From Elusimicrobiota bacterium (lineage in GTDB: Bacteria > Elusimicrobiota > Elusimicrobia > UBA1565 > UBA9628), in the NCBI GenBank assembly GCA_016212825.1, contig JACRDS010000113.1, positions 1-60,071 of the forward strand: a stretch of 60,071 nt of DNA. The letters run 5' to 3'. Positions within the stretch are counted from its first letter, which is position 1, and each line of letters begins with the position of its first letter. Made by a program: the position numbers and the translations under genes. Positions 49,915 to 59,275 of this stretch are shown piece by piece. Below the pieces are notes generated by a model. The model was not told the origin of the DNA, did no database searches, and saw nothing but the letters and a program-made list of their open reading frames with translations.

Positions 49915-51234
49915 ATGCCCGCCAAGACCTCGCCCGTGAAGCCCGATTATCCCCGCATCGTCTCCGTGCCTCCCGGCCCCAAGGCCCGCAAGGTCATCGC
50001 CCTGGATCGTGAGTGGACCTCCCCCTCCTACATCAAGGAGTATCCCCTGGTGGCGGCCGGCGGCAAGGGCGCCATGGTGGAGGACGTGGACGGCAACCGC
50101 TACATCGACTGGATGGCGGGCATCGCGGTCTCGGCCACGGGCTACAACCACCCGAAGGTGGTCAAGGCCATCCACGAGGCCGTCGACAAGTTCCTGCACA
50201 TCTGCGGCACGGACTTCTACTACGAGTCCATGGCCCGGCTCTGCGAGAAGCTGGCCAAGACCGCTCCGGGCCGGGACAAGCACCGGGTCTTCCTGACCAA
50301 CTCCGGGACCGAGGCCGTCGAGGGCGCGGTCAAGCTGGCGCGCTACCACACCAAGCGGCCGCACCTCATCGCCTTCGAGGGGGCCTTCCACGGCCGCTCC
50401 TACGCGGCCGTGACCTTGACCTGCAGCAAGGTCAAATACAAGGCCGGCTTCGGGCCCATGCTCCCGGAAGTCAGCCACCTCCCCTACGACAACCCTTACC
50501 GCGGCGGAGACCCGATGGCCGCGGCGCACCGGCTCTTCGAGAGCAAGGTCTCGCCCAAGGACGTGGCCGCGGTGTTCATGGAGCCGATCCAGGGCGAGGG
50601 CGGCTACATCATGCCGCGGCCGGAGTTCGTGAAGGCCTGGCGGCGCATCTGCGACGAGCACGGCATCCTGCTGGTCTTCGACGAGATCCAGTCCGGCGCG
50701 GGCCGCAGCGGCAAGATGTGGGCCTGCGAGCACTTCGGCGTGGAGCCCGACGTCCTGCTCACCGCCAAGGGCCTGGGCTCGGGGCTGCCCATCGGCGCGA
50801 TCGTGGCCAAGGAGAAGGTGATGACCTGGGGCCAGGGCACGCACGGCACGACCTTCGGCGGCAACCCGGTCTGCTGCGCGGCGGCCCTGGCGACCTTGGA
50901 TCTGGTCCAGGACGGGCTGGCCGACAACGCGGCCAGGATGGGTGCGCGGCTCATCGCGGGCCTGCGCCAGCTGCAGGAGAAGCATCCGTCCATCGGCGAC
51001 GTCCGCGGCACGGGCCTCATGATCGGCGTGGAGTTCGTCAAGGACCGCAAGACCAAGGAGCCGGCCGGGGAGCTGGTGGGCAAGCTGGAGCAGCTGGCCT
51101 TCCGCAAGGGGCTGCTGCTGCTCTCCTGCGGCAAGTCGGTCATCCGGGTGGCGCCGCCTTTGGTGCTCAACGAGCACGACGTGGACGCGGGCCTGGCCGT
51201 CCTCGACGAGTGCCTGGCCGAGCTGGGCGGCTGA
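49915..51234 (+). CDS. Class III aminotransferase (GabT / acetylornithine aminotransferase-like)
   Basis: 439 aa. Motifs: NSGTEAVEGAVKLARYHT, FDEIQSGAGRSGKMWA, and the PLP-lysine context TAKGLGSGLPIGA. Confidence 0.85.
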   Translation: MPAKTSPVKPDYPRIVSVPPGPKARKVIALDREWTSPSYIKEYPLVAAGGKGAMVEDVDGNRYIDWMAGIAVSATGYNHPKVVKAIHEAVDKFLHICGTDFYYESMARLCEKLAKTAPGRDKHRVFLTNSGTEAVEGAVKLARYHTKRPHLIAFEGAFHGRSYAAVTLTCSKVKYKAGFGPMLPEVSHLPYDNPYRGGDPMAAAHRLFESKVSPKDVAAVFMEPIQGEGGYIMPRPEFVKAWRRICDEHGILLVFDEIQSGAGRSGKMWACEHFGVEPDVLLTAKGLGSGLPIGAIVAKEKVMTWGQGTHGTTFGGNPVCCAAALATLDLVQDGLADNAARMGARLIAGLRQLQEKHPSIGDVRGTGLMIGVEFVKDRKTKEPAGELVGKLEQLAFRKGLLLLSCGKSVIRVAPPLVLNEHDVDAGLAVLDECLAELGG

Positions 51235-53319
51235 TCAGGCCGCCCGGGCGCCCAGCCCCTCGCGCGACGGCAAAGTGAAGTAGAAGGTCGAGCCTCGGCC
51301 GACCTCGCTCTCCACCCAGACCGTGCCGTCGTGCAGGCGGATGAACTCGCTGACCAGGGCCAGCCCCAGGCCGACGCCCGGCTGGGAGCCGTCGTTGTTG
51401 TCGGCCTGGGTGAACTTCTCGAAGAGCTTCTTGAGGCTCTCTTTTGGGATCCCGGCGCCCGTGTCGCGCACCGCGCAGACCACGTGCCCGTGCTTGTCCG
51501 GCTTGGGCGCGGCCGCCACCACGATCCGCCCGCCCTCGGGCGTGAACTTGATGGCGTTGGAGATGAGGTTGGTGAGCACCTGCACGATGCGCTGGTGGTC
51601 GGCCATCACCATCAGGTCCGGGACCGGGGGCCGATAGGAGAGGTCCAAGCCTTTGTTCCCGGCCCAGGGCCGCAGGCTCTCCACGGCCTCCTGGAGCATG
51701 CCGGTGACCGAGGTCGGGGTCGGACGGATCGACATCCTGCCCGCCTTCAGCTTGGAGAAGTCCAGGATCTCCCGGATCATGGAGCTGAGCTGCTGGCTGT
51801 TGCGCAGGCACACGTCGATGAAGCCGTTCTCGTCGGACCCCAGGCTCGGCGCGGCCCGCTCGCTGAGCAGTTCCAGGGCGCAGGTGATGGAGGACAGCGG
51901 GGCCTGCAGGTCGTGGGTCACGCGGGAGAGGAACTCCTCCTGCAGGCGCAGGGTCTCCTTGTACTTGACCACGTCCGGCAGCGCGGAGTAGGTGCCCACC
52001 ACCCGGCCGGAGGGGTCCTCGACCACGGCCACGGAGCGGCGCAGGGCCCGGCCCACCTCCTCGTCGGCCACCACCCGCACCTCGATCTTGCTGCCGGGGC
52101 TCAACCCCAGATCCTCGGCGAGCGCCACCATGTGCTCCCCCGAGGCGACGCCCTCCGTGATGTGCCGGCCGGCCAGTTCCAGGAGCCGCTTGCCGAGCAG
52201 TTCCTCGGCCGCCGGGTTCATCATGAGGACCTTCCCCTCCTTGTCCACCACCACCTTGCCGTAGGCCACGCTCTCGATAACCTTCTCGGTGCGCGCCTGC
52301 TCGCCGCGGATGCGCTCTTTCTCCTCGGTCAATCTCCGAGTGGCGTCCTCCACGCGTTCCGCTATGGAGTCCTTGACCAGGCGCGCCGCGTCCTCGAAGA
52401 GCTTGAGCCGCTCCGCCGGGTCCTGGACGGCAAACTCCACCAGGGACTTGAGCAGGACCCCGAAGCTCTTGCCGGCGGCTAAGGAGCCGCCGCCTCCCGT
52501 CGGCGCGGGCGCTTCCGGAGCCGGCGCGGGGAGCTCCGGGGCCTTCGCTTCCGGCCGCGCCTGCAGCTCCGGCAGCCAGGACCGGTCCTCCGGCGGATAG
52601 GGATAGCGGTCCACCGGCGGCTCAGGTGTGCGTTCTTTGGCGGCCGGCCCCTTGGGCGCCGCCCCCTCCGGGAAGGGGGGACGTCCGCCCTCCGGGGCCG
52701 GCGCCTCCCGAGGCGCCGGCCGCCAGTCCGGACCCAAGGGCCTGGGGATGCCTGACGAAGGTTGCCGGACGGCGGGACGGGGTTCCGGGAGCGCCGCGGC
52801 AGGCGCGGCCGGGGGCGCGGCGGTGGCGTCAGCCGCAGAGACGTAGCTGGCGAGCTCGACTGTGACATGCGCGACCCCTTTCCTGGCCAGGGCATCCCCC
52901 AGAGAGCCGGTGACTTCCGGACTCGGGGGGGCCGAGGCCGCCTCGCAGAAGATGGTCAGTTCCGCGGGCTGCAGGCCGCGCGCGAAGCCCAGGCTGCGCA
53001 GGCCCTGCTCCTTGAACAGGCGCCGGAGGATCTCCGTGCTCTGCGCTCCGGTCTGCACCAGCGTCCCCTCGCAGAACCAGCGCCCTTCCGCCATGGACAC
53101 GGAGATGCGCTCCCGGCGCCCGGTCACGAAGGCCATGTCCAGCAGGTTGAAGACGTCGCGTATGGAATCCGCGGCCATGGGGTGGCTGGCCCGGTAGAGG
53201 CCGGTGAGGCGCACGGCGCGGCCCAGGCTGCCCAGGAGTTCGCCGCAGACCGCGGCGAAGGACGGGGCGCCGGCCGGGATGCCCGCGGGCGTCTGGACCG
53301 CTCGTCGTTGGGGCTCCAT
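51235..53319 (-). CDS. Soluble sensor histidine kinase (unassigned N-terminal domain, Pro-rich linker, PAS, HisKA, HATPase_c)
   Basis: 694 aa with no TM helices seen. H-box FLSRVTHDLQAPLSSI, N-box LTNLISNAIKFTPEGG, G1 VRDTGAGIP, G2 GVGLGLALV. The PAS-like segment is VVVDKEGKVLMMNPAAEELLG. Confidence 0.85.
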   Translation of the reverse strand: MEPQRRAVQTPAGIPAGAPSFAAVCGELLGSLGRAVRLTGLYRASHPMAADSIRDVFNLLDMAFVTGRRERISVSMAEGRWFCEGTLVQTGAQSTEILRRLFKEQGLRSLGFARGLQPAELTIFCEAASAPPSPEVTGSLGDALARKGVAHVTVELASYVSAADATAAPPAAPAAALPEPRPAVRQPSSGIPRPLGPDWRPAPREAPAPEGGRPPFPEGAAPKGPAAKERTPEPPVDRYPYPPEDRSWLPELQARPEAKAPELPAPAPEAPAPTGGGGSLAAGKSFGVLLKSLVEFAVQDPAERLKLFEDAARLVKDSIAERVEDATRRLTEEKERIRGEQARTEKVIESVAYGKVVVDKEGKVLMMNPAAEELLGKRLLELAGRHITEGVASGEHMVALAEDLGLSPGSKIEVRVVADEEVGRALRRSVAVVEDPSGRVVGTYSALPDVVKYKETLRLQEEFLSRVTHDLQAPLSSITCALELLSERAAPSLGSDENGFIDVCLRNSQQLSSMIREILDFSKLKAGRMSIRPTPTSVTGMLQEAVESLRPWAGNKGLDLSYRPPVPDLMVMADHQRIVQVLTNLISNAIKFTPEGGRIVVAAAPKPDKHGHVVCAVRDTGAGIPKESLKKLFEKFTQADNNDGSQPGVGLGLALVSEFIRLHDGTVWVESEVGRGSTFYFTLPSREGLGARAA

Positions 53320-53320
53320 A

Positions 53321-55315
53321 TCATCCTCCCATCATGATCTTGAGGGCCTCGTCGACCGAGGTCTCCCCGGAGGCCACCACGCGCAGGGCGGCCTGGCGCA
53401 GGGTGGTCAGGCCCTCCTTTTCCGCCAGTTCCTGGAGCGCATTGGCCTGCTGGTTGTTGACGATGAGCTGGCGCAGGGCCAGGCTGTCCACCGGCATGAC
53501 CTCGAAGACCGACCTGCGGCCCATGTAGCCGGTCTGATGGCAGTACGCGCAGCCCGGGGCGCGGAACACGGTCTTGAGCGCCGCGATCTCGCGCTCCTCC
53601 AGGAACTTCTTGTCTGCGTCGGAAAGGGTCCCCGGGGCCTTGCAGCGCGGGCAGAGCTTGCGCACCAGGCGCTGGGCGATGATCAGGCGCACGCTCGCCG
53701 CCACCAGGTAGGGAGCCACGCCCATGTGGGTCAGCCGGATGATGCTCGCGGGAGCGCTGTTGGTGTGCAGGGTGGAGAACACCAGGTGCCCGGTGATGGA
53801 GGCCTTGACCGCGATCTCCGCGGTCTCCAGGTCGCGGATCTCGCCGATGAGCATGATGTCCGGGTCCTGGCGCAGGAAGGCGCGCAGGGCGGACTCGAAT
53901 GTAAGCCCGATGCTGGGCCGGACCTTGACCTGGGAGATGTTGGCCAGCTCGTATTCGACCGGGTCCTCGGCGGTCATGATGTTGACGTCCGGCCGGTTGA
54001 GCATGCTGATCATGGTGTAGAGTGTGGTGGTCTTGCCGCTGCCCGTGGGTCCGGTGACCAGGATGAGGCCGTGCGGCGCGTGCAGGGCTTTTTCGACGCA
54101 AGCCAGATCCCGGGGCGTGAGGTCGAGGCTCTTCAGGTCGCCCTTGAGCTTGCTCTGCCCGAGGACGCGCATGACGATCTTCTCCCCGCGCGTGCAGGGC
54201 AGGGTGCTGATGCGGAACTCGATCCGGGTGCCCTTGATCTGCGCCCGGAACTGCCCGTCCTGGGGCAGGCGCCGCTCCGTGATGGAGAGGTTGGACATGA
54301 TCTTGATTCGGGCCGTCAGCCGGGGGTGGATGTTGATGGGCAAAGTGCACAGGAGCTTGAGGGCCCCGTCCACCCGGACCCGGACGCTGACCTTCTGCTC
54401 CCCGGGCTCGATGTGGATGTCCGAGGCCCGCATCTCCACGGCCCGCATCAGGATGCGGTTGACCCGGTTGATGAGCGGCGAGTCCTGGGCCAGCTGCTGC
54501 TCGAGCCCGCGCAGGTCCGCCGTGTCCTCCTTCTTCTCTTCCGCCGCCTCCAGGGCGATATCCTCTTCCCCTGAGAGGTCCGCCAGGGATTCCTCGCCGA
54601 TGAGGGCTTCCGGCTCAGGCAGCTCCGGAGCGGCGGCCTCCGGCTCAGGGGCCTCCGGAGGAGGCGGAGCCTCGGGCTGCACCTCCAGCGCCGAAGGCGC
54701 CGGTGGTGCGGCTGGGGGGCTTACCCGAGGCTCCGCAGAACGATCCTCCGGAGGCGGAACGGTCTCTTCCTGCGCCGGTGCCGCGGGCAGGGCGGCGAGC
54801 GCCTTCTCGACGCTTTCCAGGAGACGCGCGTTGGTCACGGGCTTCTCCAGGAAATCGGATATCTCCAGGTTCAGGCTCTTGAGGTGCTGCCGGTTGGGCG
54901 CGCCCGTGAACATGATCACGGGCAGGCCGCGCAGCTCGAGCCGGCTGCGCAGCTCCTGGAGCACCTCGTAGCCGTTCATCCTCGGCATGTTGAAATCCAG
55001 GATGACAAGGTCGGGGCGGCGGCGCTCGACCTGCTCCAGGGCGCTGCGGCCGTCGCCGGCCTCCATGACCCGGTAGGAATGGCTGGTGAGCAGGACCTTC
55101 ACGAGAGAACGGTAATCCTTGTTGTCCTCCACGACCAGGACGGTCCGCCCCCCGGCGGGACAGCGCTCCTCCCGCACGCCCGCCAGCTGGGGCCTCGCCG
55201 GCTCCGGCGCCGCCCTGGCCGCGGACTCCTCCCGAGCCCAGACTCCCGGCTGCGCGCGCCCCTTGAGCAGGGCGTCCATCTTCTCGCTGAGTTCGGCTAG
55301 CGGATCGCGCTCCAT
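53321..55315 (-). CDS. Response-regulator receiver domain fused to a GspE/PilB-family secretion ATPase
   Basis: 664 aa. REC motifs: TVLVVEDNKD, DLVILDFNMPRMNG, VIMFTG, FLEKP. A P/A/E-rich linker follows. ATPase core: RRLPQDGQF, GPTGSGKTTT, DPDIMLIGEIRD, TGHLVFSTLHTN, CPRC...CAYC. A 1-nt gap separates it from the kinase gene. Confidence 0.9.
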   Translation of the reverse strand: MERDPLAELSEKMDALLKGRAQPGVWAREESAARAAPEPARPQLAGVREERCPAGGRTVLVVEDNKDYRSLVKVLLTSHSYRVMEAGDGRSALEQVERRRPDLVILDFNMPRMNGYEVLQELRSRLELRGLPVIMFTGAPNRQHLKSLNLEISDFLEKPVTNARLLESVEKALAALPAAPAQEETVPPPEDRSAEPRVSPPAAPPAPSALEVQPEAPPPPEAPEPEAAAPELPEPEALIGEESLADLSGEEDIALEAAEEKKEDTADLRGLEQQLAQDSPLINRVNRILMRAVEMRASDIHIEPGEQKVSVRVRVDGALKLLCTLPINIHPRLTARIKIMSNLSITERRLPQDGQFRAQIKGTRIEFRISTLPCTRGEKIVMRVLGQSKLKGDLKSLDLTPRDLACVEKALHAPHGLILVTGPTGSGKTTTLYTMISMLNRPDVNIMTAEDPVEYELANISQVKVRPSIGLTFESALRAFLRQDPDIMLIGEIRDLETAEIAVKASITGHLVFSTLHTNSAPASIIRLTHMGVAPYLVAASVRLIIAQRLVRKLCPRCKAPGTLSDADKKFLEEREIAALKTVFRAPGCAYCHQTGYMGRRSVFEVMPVDSLALRQLIVNNQQANALQELAEKEGLTTLRQAALRVVASGETSVDEALKIMMGG

Positions 55316-55376
55316 ATCCCCCCCAACCGCTTCGCAATCAGTTTAGCAGGGGGGCGTCAACAAAACGTCAAGCGCG

Positions 55377-56096
55377 CTAGATCTCGAAGCGGTAGCCGCT
55401 GCCCGGGACCGTCACGATGCGCCGGCTGAGCTTGGACCCCAGCTTGCGGCGCAGGGAGGAGAGGTGCACGGTCACGGTGTGGGGGTCGTTGTACTCGGCC
55501 AGGTCGTAGCCCCACACCGACTCGAGCAGGAACTGCGCGGAGAGGACATGCCCCCGCTTGCGCAGCAGCAGGGTGAGCAGGTCGAACTCCTTGCGGGTCA
55601 GGTCGACGCGCTTGCCGCCGTGGCTGACGGTCCGGGCCTGCACGTCCAGGCGCACGCCGTCGGCGCGCAGCACCTCGCAGACCTCGACCGCGGTGGCGTA
55701 GCGGCGCAGCACGGCCAAAGTCTTGGCCAGCAGGATCGGCGGCTCGAAGGGCTTGAGCACGTAGTCGTCGGCCCCGCGCGCGAAGCCCTCCAGTTGGTCG
55801 CGCTCCTCCTTGCTGGCGCCGGACATGAGCAGGACCGGGATGCCCGCGGTCTTGGCCTCGGCGCGCAAGCGGCGGCACAGTTCCAGCCCGTCCATGTCCG
55901 GCATCTGCACGTCCGAGATGACGATGTCCGGCTGCGAGTCCACCGCCGCCAGGAGGGCCTCCCGGCCTGAAGCCGCGTCGAGCACCGTGTGGCCGGCCTC
56001 GCGCAGGAAGGAGCGCAGCATCCTGCGGAAATCCTGCTCGTCGTCCACGAGCAGGATCTTGTAGCGCAGCGAGGAGCCTTCGGTCGTCTGGGACAT
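55377..56096 (-). CDS. OmpR/PhoB-family DNA-binding response regulator
   Basis: The track ORF is trimmed to the ATG at 56096 (MSQTTEGSSLRYKILLVDDEQDF). REC motifs: DIVISDVQMPDMDG, VLKPF. The winged-helix region is LTRKEFDLLTLLLRKRGHVLS...VTVHLSSLRRKL. Confidence 0.9.
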   Translation of the reverse strand: MSQTTEGSSLRYKILLVDDEQDFRRMLRSFLREAGHTVLDAASGREALLAAVDSQPDIVISDVQMPDMDGLELCRRLRAEAKTAGIPVLLMSGASKEERDQLEGFARGADDYVLKPFEPPILLAKTLAVLRRYATAVEVCEVLRADGVRLDVQARTVSHGGKRVDLTRKEFDLLTLLLRKRGHVLSAQFLLESVWGYDLAEYNDPHTVTVHLSSLRRKLGSKLSRRIVTVPGSGYRFEI

Positions 56097-56236
56097 AGCC
56101 AGGACGGCGGACGGCGGCCGCCGGGATTCCATTATAGCTCTATTCATGACCGAACGGGAGGCTTTTCTTAAGTCTACCTGAGCAATGTCAAAGTCCGGTC
56201 AAAGGCGGGGCCGTGAAACCCCTGGCGCGATTTAGG

Positions 56237-56242
56237 TAGAAT
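56237..56242 (+). promoter_or_regulatory. Candidate -10 element TAGAAT upstream of the CoA-transferase operon
   Basis: Read directly from the sequence. It overlaps the first in-frame ATG (56241), which argues that the SD-preceded ATG at 56268 is the real start. Confidence 0.3.
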
Positions 56243-56267
56243 GAGCCATCCCGAACAGGAGCCTGCC

Positions 56268-57173
56268 ATGAAAAGCAAGGTGGTCAGCATGAAGGAGGCC
56301 GTCGCCGGCCTGGTCAAGGACGGAGACACCGTGGTCATCGAGGGCTTCACGCACCTGATCTGCTTCGCCGCGGGCCACGAGATCATCCGCCAGGGCCGCA
56401 AGGGCCTGACCTTGGCCCGCCTGACCCCGGACCTCATCTACGACCAGATGATCGCGGCCGGCACGGCCAAGAAGCTGGTCTTCTCCTGGGCCGGCAACCC
56501 CGGCGTGGGCTCTTTGCACGCCTTCCGCCGGGCCGTCGAAGCCCAGCCGCCCAGGCTGGAGATCGAGGAGTACTCCCATTTCGGCATGGTGGCGCGCTTC
56601 TCCGCGGGCTGCGCCAACCTGCCCTTCTGGGTCATGCGCGACTACAAGGGTTCGGACATCCCGGGCGCCAATCCTCTCATCCGCAGCGTGAAGTGTCCCT
56701 ACACCGGCGAGGAGCTGGCCACGGTGCCGGCCCTGCGGCCGGACGTGACCGTCATCCACGCCCAGCGCGCGGACAAGGCGGGCAACACGCAGATCTGGGG
56801 CCTCATGGGAGTGCAGAAGGAGGCGGCCTTCGCGTCCAGGAAGGTCATCGTGGTCGCCGAGGAGATCGTGGACGAGTCGGTGGTGCGCTCCGATCCCAAC
56901 CGGACACTGATCCCGGGCTTCCAGGTGGACGCCGTGGTGCATGAGCCCTGGGGCGCGCATCCCTCCTTCGCCCAGGGCTACTACGACCGGGACAACGACT
57001 TCTACGTGAGCTGGGACAAGATCGCCCGCGACGAGGCGGGCCTAAAGAGGTACCTTGACGAGTTCGTCTGCGGCGTCAAGGGCCGGGCCGAGTATATGAA
57101 GAAACAGCCGGGCCTGGCCGAGCGCCTGGGCGCCAAGAACATGGTCTGCCAGGGGGTCAACTATGGCTACTGA
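56268..57173 (+). CDS. CoA-transferase family I, subunit A (glutaconate/3-oxoacid CoA-transferase-like)
   Basis: The track ORF 56241..57173 is trimmed to the ATG at 56268, which follows the SD AGGAG. MKSKVVSMKEAVAGLVKDGDTVVIEGF is a typical subunit A N-terminus. Confidence 0.8.
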   Translation: MKSKVVSMKEAVAGLVKDGDTVVIEGFTHLICFAAGHEIIRQGRKGLTLARLTPDLIYDQMIAAGTAKKLVFSWAGNPGVGSLHAFRRAVEAQPPRLEIEEYSHFGMVARFSAGCANLPFWVMRDYKGSDIPGANPLIRSVKCPYTGEELATVPALRPDVTVIHAQRADKAGNTQIWGLMGVQKEAAFASRKVIVVAEEIVDESVVRSDPNRTLIPGFQVDAVVHEPWGAHPSFAQGYYDRDNDFYVSWDKIARDEAGLKRYLDEFVCGVKGRAEYMKKQPGLAERLGAKNMVCQGVNYGY

Positions 57174-57948
57174 GACGAAGGCGGCGACGGACTACACCCT
57201 CAACGAGCTCATGACCGTGCTGGCGGCCCGCGAGATCCATGACGGGGACGTGGTCTTCGTGGGCATCGGCTTGCCCAACCTGGCCTGCAACCTGGCCCGC
57301 CACACCCACGCGCCCAACATGTGCCTGATCTACGAGTCCGGCGCCGTGGGCGCGGTGCCGGACCGGGTCCCCCCCTCCATCGGCGACCCGGCCCTGGTGA
57401 CGGGGTCCTTGATGGTGGCCAGCATGCAGGACATCTTCCAGGCCATGCTCCAGAACGGCAAGATACAGGTGGGCTTCTTGGGCGGCGCCCAGATCGACCG
57501 CTACGGCAACATCAACACCACCGTGGTGGGCGACTATGCCAAGCCCAAGGTGCGCCTGCCCGGCTCGGGCGGGGCCTGCGAGATCGCCATCCACGCCCAG
57601 CGCGTGCTGCTCATCGCCAAGCTCGACAAGCGCGCTTTCCCTGAGAAGGTGGACTTCATCACCAGCCCGGGCTCCTTCTCCAAAGGCAGGAAGCGCAAGG
57701 ACTGGGGCCACCCCGGACGCGGGCCGGTCAAGTGCATCACCAACATGGGAACCCTGGAGCCGGACGAGAGGACGGGCGAGTTGGTGCTGACCGCCATCTA
57801 CCCGGGCGTCACCATCGATGCTGTGCGCGCCAACGTGGGCTGGGCCCTGAAGGCCAAGGACCCGCTGGCCGGCGTGGCCCTGCCCACGGCCCAGGAGATC
57901 AAGCTCCTGCGCGAGAAGCTCGACCCCAAGAAGCTGCACATCAAGTAG
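57163..57948 (+). CDS. CoA-transferase family I, subunit B
   Basis: 261 aa. GIGLPNLA is present, and the catalytic glutamate context LIYESGAVG. It overlaps subunit A by 11 nt. Confidence 0.8.
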   Translation: MATETKAATDYTLNELMTVLAAREIHDGDVVFVGIGLPNLACNLARHTHAPNMCLIYESGAVGAVPDRVPPSIGDPALVTGSLMVASMQDIFQAMLQNGKIQVGFLGGAQIDRYGNINTTVVGDYAKPKVRLPGSGGACEIAIHAQRVLLIAKLDKRAFPEKVDFITSPGSFSKGRKRKDWGHPGRGPVKCITNMGTLEPDERTGELVLTAIYPGVTIDAVRANVGWALKAKDPLAGVALPTAQEIKLLREKLDPKKLHIK

Positions 57949-57951
57949 GCT

Positions 57952-59271
57952 ATGCGACTCAACGAGCGCCTCGACTCTCTGCCCCTGTCGCGCTTCCACT
58001 GGAACATCGTGGGCGCCTCGGGGCTGGGCTGGCTCTTCGACGCCTTCGACTCCGGGCTGGTCTCCTTCGTGCTGGCGGTGCTGGCCAAGGAATGGGCGCT
58101 CTCGCCCGCGCAGGTGGGCCGCATCGGCAGCATGGGTCTGGTCGGCATGTTCGCGGGCGCGGTGCTCGTCGGGCTGCTGGCGGACCGCTTCGGCCGCAAG
58201 CTGCTCTTCCAGACCACGCTCATCGTGTTCAGCGCCGCCACCGGCCTCTGCGGCCTGACCAACACCTACGGGGCGCTCCTGGCCATGCGCTTCTTGGTGG
58301 GCTTCGGCCTGGGCGGGGAACTGCCCGTGGCCAGCACCTTGGTCAGCGAGTTCGCTCCCAAGGCGCACCGGGGCAAGCTGATCGTGATCCTGGAGAGCTT
58401 CTGGGCTTTCGGCTGGGCCCTGGCCGCGGTCGTCGCCTTCCTCTTCATCCCGCGCTGGGGCTGGCGAGCGGCCTTCTTCCTGGGCAGCCTGCCCGCCCTT
58501 TACGTGCTCTACCTGCGCCGCTTCGTGCCGGAGTCGCCGCGCTTCCTGGAGGCCAGCGGCCGCTTCGAGGAGGCCGTCCTGGTGGTGCGCGAGGCGGAGC
58601 GGGCCTGCGGGGAGCCCCCCGCCGAGATGACGCGCACGCAGGAGCAGCCCGCCGAGAAGCCGGGCATGCGCGCCCTGTGGTCCTCGGAGATGGCGCAGCG
58701 CACGGCCATGCTGTGGATCCTCTGGTTCTCCATGATCTACTCCTACTACGGCATCTTCATCTGGCTGCCGTCCTTGCTCGTGGCCGCGGGCTTCAGCCTG
58801 GTGAAGTCCTTCTCCTACGTCCTGATCATCACCGCGGCCCAGATTCCCGGCTATTTCAGCGCGGCCTGGCTGGTGGACCGCTGGGGACGCAAGCCCACCT
58901 TGGTGGCCTTCCTGGCCGGCTGCGTGGTGAGCTCCTTCGTCTTCGGCAAGGTGGGCTCTCCTTCCGGAGTCATCCTCTGGGGCTGCCTGATCTCCTTCTT
59001 CAACCTGGGCGCCTGGGGCGTGGTCTATACCTACACGCCGGAGAGCTACCCCACGGCCCTGCGCGGCACGGGCTCGGGCTGGGCCTCGGGCATAGGCCGG
59101 GTGGGCGGCATACTGGCGCCGCTCGTGGTGGGCTGGATACTCGGCACCTTCCCGGGCCGCCAGGACCTGGTCTTCGCCCAGTTCGCCTTCGTGGTATTGA
59201 TAGGGCTCGTGGCCGTGGTCGCCCTCGGGCGGGAGACCAAGGGGCGCAGCCTCGAGGAGATAGCGGCATAA
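57952..59271 (+). CDS. MFS transporter (sugar-porter/metabolite:H+ symporter-like)
   Basis: 439 aa with 12 predicted TM helices. MFS signature [13 protein letters not shown], plus [16 protein letters not shown]. Confidence 0.8.
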   Translation: MRLNERLDSLPLSRFHWNIVGASGLGWLFDAFDSGLVSFVLAVLAKEWALSPAQVGRIGSMGLVGMFAGAVLVGLLADRFGRKLLFQTTLIVFSAATGLCGLTNTYGALLAMRFLVGFGLGGELPVASTLVSEFAPKAHRGKLIVILESFWAFGWALAAVVAFLFIPRWGWRAAFFLGSLPALYVLYLRRFVPESPRFLEASGRFEEAVLVVREAERACGEPPAEMTRTQEQPAEKPGMRALWSSEMAQRTAMLWILWFSMIYSYYGIFIWLPSLLVAAGFSLVKSFSYVLIITAAQIPGYFSAAWLVDRWGRKPTLVAFLAGCVVSSFVFGKVGSPSGVILWGCLISFFNLGAWGVVYTYTPESYPTALRGTGSGWASGIGRVGGILAPLVVGWILGTFPGRQDLVFAQFAFVVLIGLVAVVALGRETKGRSLEEIAA

Positions 59272-59275
59272 CCCT

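Noticed and set aside
53321-55315. The second GspE-family ATPase as evidence for a second complete type II secretion or pilus locus in the window.
   Set aside because: No GspF/PilC, secretin, pilin/pseudopilin or prepilin peptidase genes flank it. Its neighbours are two-component signalling genes, so it is reported as an orphan regulatory-motor fusion instead.
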